A stretch of DNA of 64,000 nt from Oscillospiraceae bacterium (GTDB lineage Bacteria; Bacillota; Clostridia; Oscillospirales; Ruminococcaceae), in contig JAEDJF010000001.1 of the NCBI GenBank assembly GCA_016296485.1, positions 1,438 through 65,437 of the forward strand. The letters are read 5' to 3'. Positions 61,550-64,000 of this stretch are shown here, piece by piece. Every line of letters starts with the position of its first letter. Position 1 is the first letter of the stretch. The translations under genes were made by a program, and so were the position numbers. The notes under the pieces are model-generated. The model did no database searches. It was not told the origin of the DNA and was given only the letters and a program-made list of their open reading frames with translations.

Positions 61550-62680
61550 TTATATCCTTTTTCCGAGGATCGGAACGTATTTTTGATAAAATTCCTCGAA
61601 TGTTCCGTTATCAAGCGCCTCTCTGATTCTCTCCATAAGTGTGTTATAGAAGAAAAGGTTGTGCTGAACGGTAAGGCGGTGAGCAAGAAGCTCGTTGGCG
61701 CGAAGAAGATGTCTTACGTAGGCTCTGCTGTGAAGACGGCAGGTCGGGCAGTCGCACTCGGGGTCAACAGGACCGTTGTCATAAATATATTTCTCGTTGT
61801 TGAGATTGCGGATCCCCTGCCAGGTAAAGAGCGTGCCGTGGCGCGCGTTGCGGCTCGGCATTACGCAGTCAAAAAGGTCCACGCCCCTGTGTACCGCTTC
61901 AAGGATATTTACCGGAGTTCCTACGCCCATAAGGTATCTCGGCTTGTTAACGGGCATATGGGGCTCCACAGCCTCGATAATGCGATACATTTCAGAAGTC
62001 GGCTCGCCGACAGCGAGACCGCCGATGGCGTAGCCGTCAAGGTCGAGCTCTGCTATCTGCTGCATATGTTCAACGCGAAGGTCCTCAAATGTACAGCCCT
62101 GGTTGATTCCGAACAGGAGTTGGTGCGGGTTTATGGTATCCGGGAGAGAATTGAGTCTCTCCATCTCGTCCTTGCAACGGTAAAGCCACCTTACGGTGCG
62201 CTGGCAGGACTGGGCGGCATAGGACTTCGGCGCAGGGTTCTCAACACATTCGTCAAAAGCCATTGCAATGGTACTTCCGAGGTGGGACTGAATCTGCATC
62301 GACTCCTCGGGTCCCATAAAAATGGCATGACCGTCGAGATGGCTGCGGAAATATACGCCCTCTTCCTTTATTTTGCGAAGCTTTGAAAGGCTGAACACCT
62401 GAAAGCCGCCGCTGTCGGTGAGAATAGGTCTGTCCCAGTTCATAAACTTATGAAGTCCGCCGAGCTCCTTTACAACAAGGTCTCCGGGACGGAGGGAAAG
62501 GTGATAGGTATTGCAAAGCGCAACCTGGCAATGAAGCTCTTTTAAGTCCTCTGCGGCGACGCCGCCCTTAATCGCTCCGCAGGTCGCAACATTCATAAAC
62601 GCCGGAGTCTGAACCGTTCCGTGGACGGTTTCAAATTCGCCTCTCCGCGCTTTTCCTTCGGTTTTTAATACAGTAAACAT
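61550..62680 (-). CDS. tgt: queuine tRNA-ribosyltransferase
   Basis: GKARRG, LTDSGGFQV and the Zn site CDCPTC...H. 376 aa. Confidence 0.97.
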   Translation of the reverse strand: MFTVLKTEGKARRGEFETVHGTVQTPAFMNVATCGAIKGGVAAEDLKELHCQVALCNTYHLSLRPGDLVVKELGGLHKFMNWDRPILTDSGGFQVFSLSKLRKIKEEGVYFRSHLDGHAIFMGPEESMQIQSHLGSTIAMAFDECVENPAPKSYAAQSCQRTVRWLYRCKDEMERLNSLPDTINPHQLLFGINQGCTFEDLRVEHMQQIAELDLDGYAIGGLAVGEPTSEMYRIIEAVEPHMPVNKPRYLMGVGTPVNILEAVHRGVDLFDCVMPSRNARHGTLFTWQGIRNLNNEKYIYDNGPVDPECDCPTCRLHSRAYVRHLLRANELLAHRLTVQHNLFFYNTLMERIREALDNGTFEEFYQKYVPILGKRI

Positions 62681-62816
62681 AAAACTCCTTTTTATAAGTT
62701 AAAGAGATATAAGATTAACTATAATAGTATAACTTAGATTTCCCCGCTTTTCAAGTGATAACAAAGCTTATCATAAAATTTCGTTTTCAACAGCCTTTCC
62801 GAACGGTTAATAAATC

Positions 62817-62868
62817 TTGACAATTGTATAATTTCTGTTGTATTATGATAATACTCGTTGTATTATCA
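62817..62868 (+). promoter_or_regulatory. promoter with overlapping operator-like repeats upstream of the XRE regulator
   Basis: TTGACA (62817), an 18-nt spacer, TATTAT (62841). Perfect palindrome GTATTAT-G-ATAATAC at 62840-62854. A second inverted pair TGATAATAC-N5-GTATTATCA at 62846-62868. The 10-bp direct repeat GTTGTATTAT occurs at 62837 and 62857. Confidence 0.55.
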
Positions 62869-62889
62869 GCAAAAGGAGAAATTTAAAAA

Positions 62890-63264
62890 GTGGCGGAAAT
62901 AGCGGATTTCGGACGAAAAGTCAAGAAAATAATGAAACAGCGCGGCATAACGCAGGCGTGGCTTTCGCAAAAAACCGGAGTAACGGAGGCTACCCTCTCC
63001 CGCTATGTCAACGGCAGCAGAAAGCCCCAGGCGGATATTGCCGCCGCCATAGCCGAAGCGCTGGACGTTTCTCTCGATTATCTCACCGGTATAACGGGCT
63101 GCCCTGCCCCGATAAAAACGCTGAGCACCGAAGAAACCATAATGCTCAGCGCTTTCTCCCGCGCCAGCGCAAGAGACAGGAAGATAATCTTCGGCGTGCT
63201 CGAGGACCATATGACCTCCGAAGAAGCGGAAAGCTACAAAAGTTTGGTGAAAAACAATGGATAA
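62890..63264 (+). CDS. XRE-family helix-turn-helix transcriptional regulator
   Basis: GTG start after AAGGAG. HTH RGITQAWLSQKTGVTEATLSRYVNGSRKP. Confidence 0.85.
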   Translation: MAEIADFGRKVKKIMKQRGITQAWLSQKTGVTEATLSRYVNGSRKPQADIAAAIAEALDVSLDYLTGITGCPAPIKTLSTEETIMLSAFSRASARDRKIIFGVLEDHMTSEEAESYKSLVKNNG

Positions 63265-63952
63265 ACAGTATATAAAAATTGGACATATTCCCGCCGTAAT
63301 ATACGGAGAAAAAAGCGAAAAAGCATATATTTTTGTACACGGTAAATGCGGAAGAAAAGAGGAAGCCGAAAGCTTCGCCGAAACCGTTTCCGCTTTCGGG
63401 TACCAGGTTATAAGCATCGACCTTCCGGAGCACGGAGAGCGAAAAGGAGAAAAGGACGCTTTTTATCCCTGGGTCGCCGTACCGGAATTAAAAGCGGTAG
63501 CGGAATACGCAAAGGAAAAATGGAAACTTCTTTCTCTCCGGGCGACGAGTATCGGCGTCTGGTTTTCAATGCTGGCGCTGCAAAACGAAGCTTTTGAAAA
63601 GTGCCTTTTCGTTTCGCCGATACTCGATATGGAAAGACTCATTGAAAATATGATGCTCTGGGCAGGAGTATCCGAAGAAGAACTTGAACAAAAAGGCGAA
63701 ATAGAAACCGCTTTCGGCGAGACTCTTTCCTGGAAATACTATCAGTTCGCCAAGGAAAACAGAATACAGCGCTGGTCCTTCCCTACCGAAATTTTGTACG
63801 CGGAAAACGACAACCTCACGGAATTTGACGTTGCAAAGAGCTTTTCTGAAAAATTCGGCTGCCGACTTACGGTAATGGAAAACGGCGAACACTGGTTCCA
63901 TACTGACGAGCAGCTTGCCTTTCTCAAAGCGTGGGAACAAAATTCCATATAA
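63257..63952 (+). CDS. alpha/beta hydrolase
   Basis: 231 aa, FVHGKCGRKEE, nucleophile-elbow-like ATSIGV, and a C-terminal GEHWFH. Overlaps the regulator gene by 8 nt. Confidence 0.7.
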   Translation: MDKQYIKIGHIPAVIYGEKSEKAYIFVHGKCGRKEEAESFAETVSAFGYQVISIDLPEHGERKGEKDAFYPWVAVPELKAVAEYAKEKWKLLSLRATSIGVWFSMLALQNEAFEKCLFVSPILDMERLIENMMLWAGVSEEELEQKGEIETAFGETLSWKYYQFAKENRIQRWSFPTEILYAENDNLTEFDVAKSFSEKFGCRLTVMENGEHWFHTDEQLAFLKAWEQNSI

Positions 63953-64000
63953 AAAATCTTCTTAAAATCCGTTATAATACAAAGCCAAAAGCAAAATACT

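Overview
This is a chromosomal, mostly core-genome window from a spore-forming Firmicute of the class Clostridia. The assignment rests on an intact sigK, yqfC-yqfD, an eight-gene spoIIIA operon, yunB, cwlD, a spoIIM-like gene, a SCIFF peptide locus, T-box and TPP leaders, strong GGAGG ribosome-binding sites and many TTG/GTG starts. Gene order on the + strand is: potABCD, sigK/yqfCD, nfeD-SPFH, a TPP-riboswitch-controlled ECF S-component, mutS-mutL-miaA, and a division-type cluster (HlyD-like, yggS, sepF, divIVA, ileS, lspA, rluD). This is followed by a tRNA Phe-Gly-Cys operon, a short run of small-enzyme genes, ligA and spoIIIAA-AH. Next comes a block syntenic with the Bacillus yqh/yqi region (nusB, xseAB, ispA, dxs, tlyA, nadK, argR, recN), then T-box-tyrS, a cobTUSC nucleotide-loop operon, cwlD-radA and a Xer-type recombinase. 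A minus-strand block runs tgt-yajC-membrane protein-SCIFF-radical SAM maturase-spoIIM. I found no CRISPR array, transposase, prophage or recognisable defence system. The most notable hidden feature is a 52-codon SCIFF (ranthipeptide) precursor gene that is missing from the ORF track. It has its own promoter and an intrinsic terminator between it and its radical SAM/SPASM maturase. The largest unexplained stretch is a roughly 390-nt promoter-proximal leader upstream of potA that matches no riboswitch signature I recognise. The many very long antisense ORFs, including 949 codons opposite ileS, are all in register with the sense codons and are codon-usage shadows, not genes.
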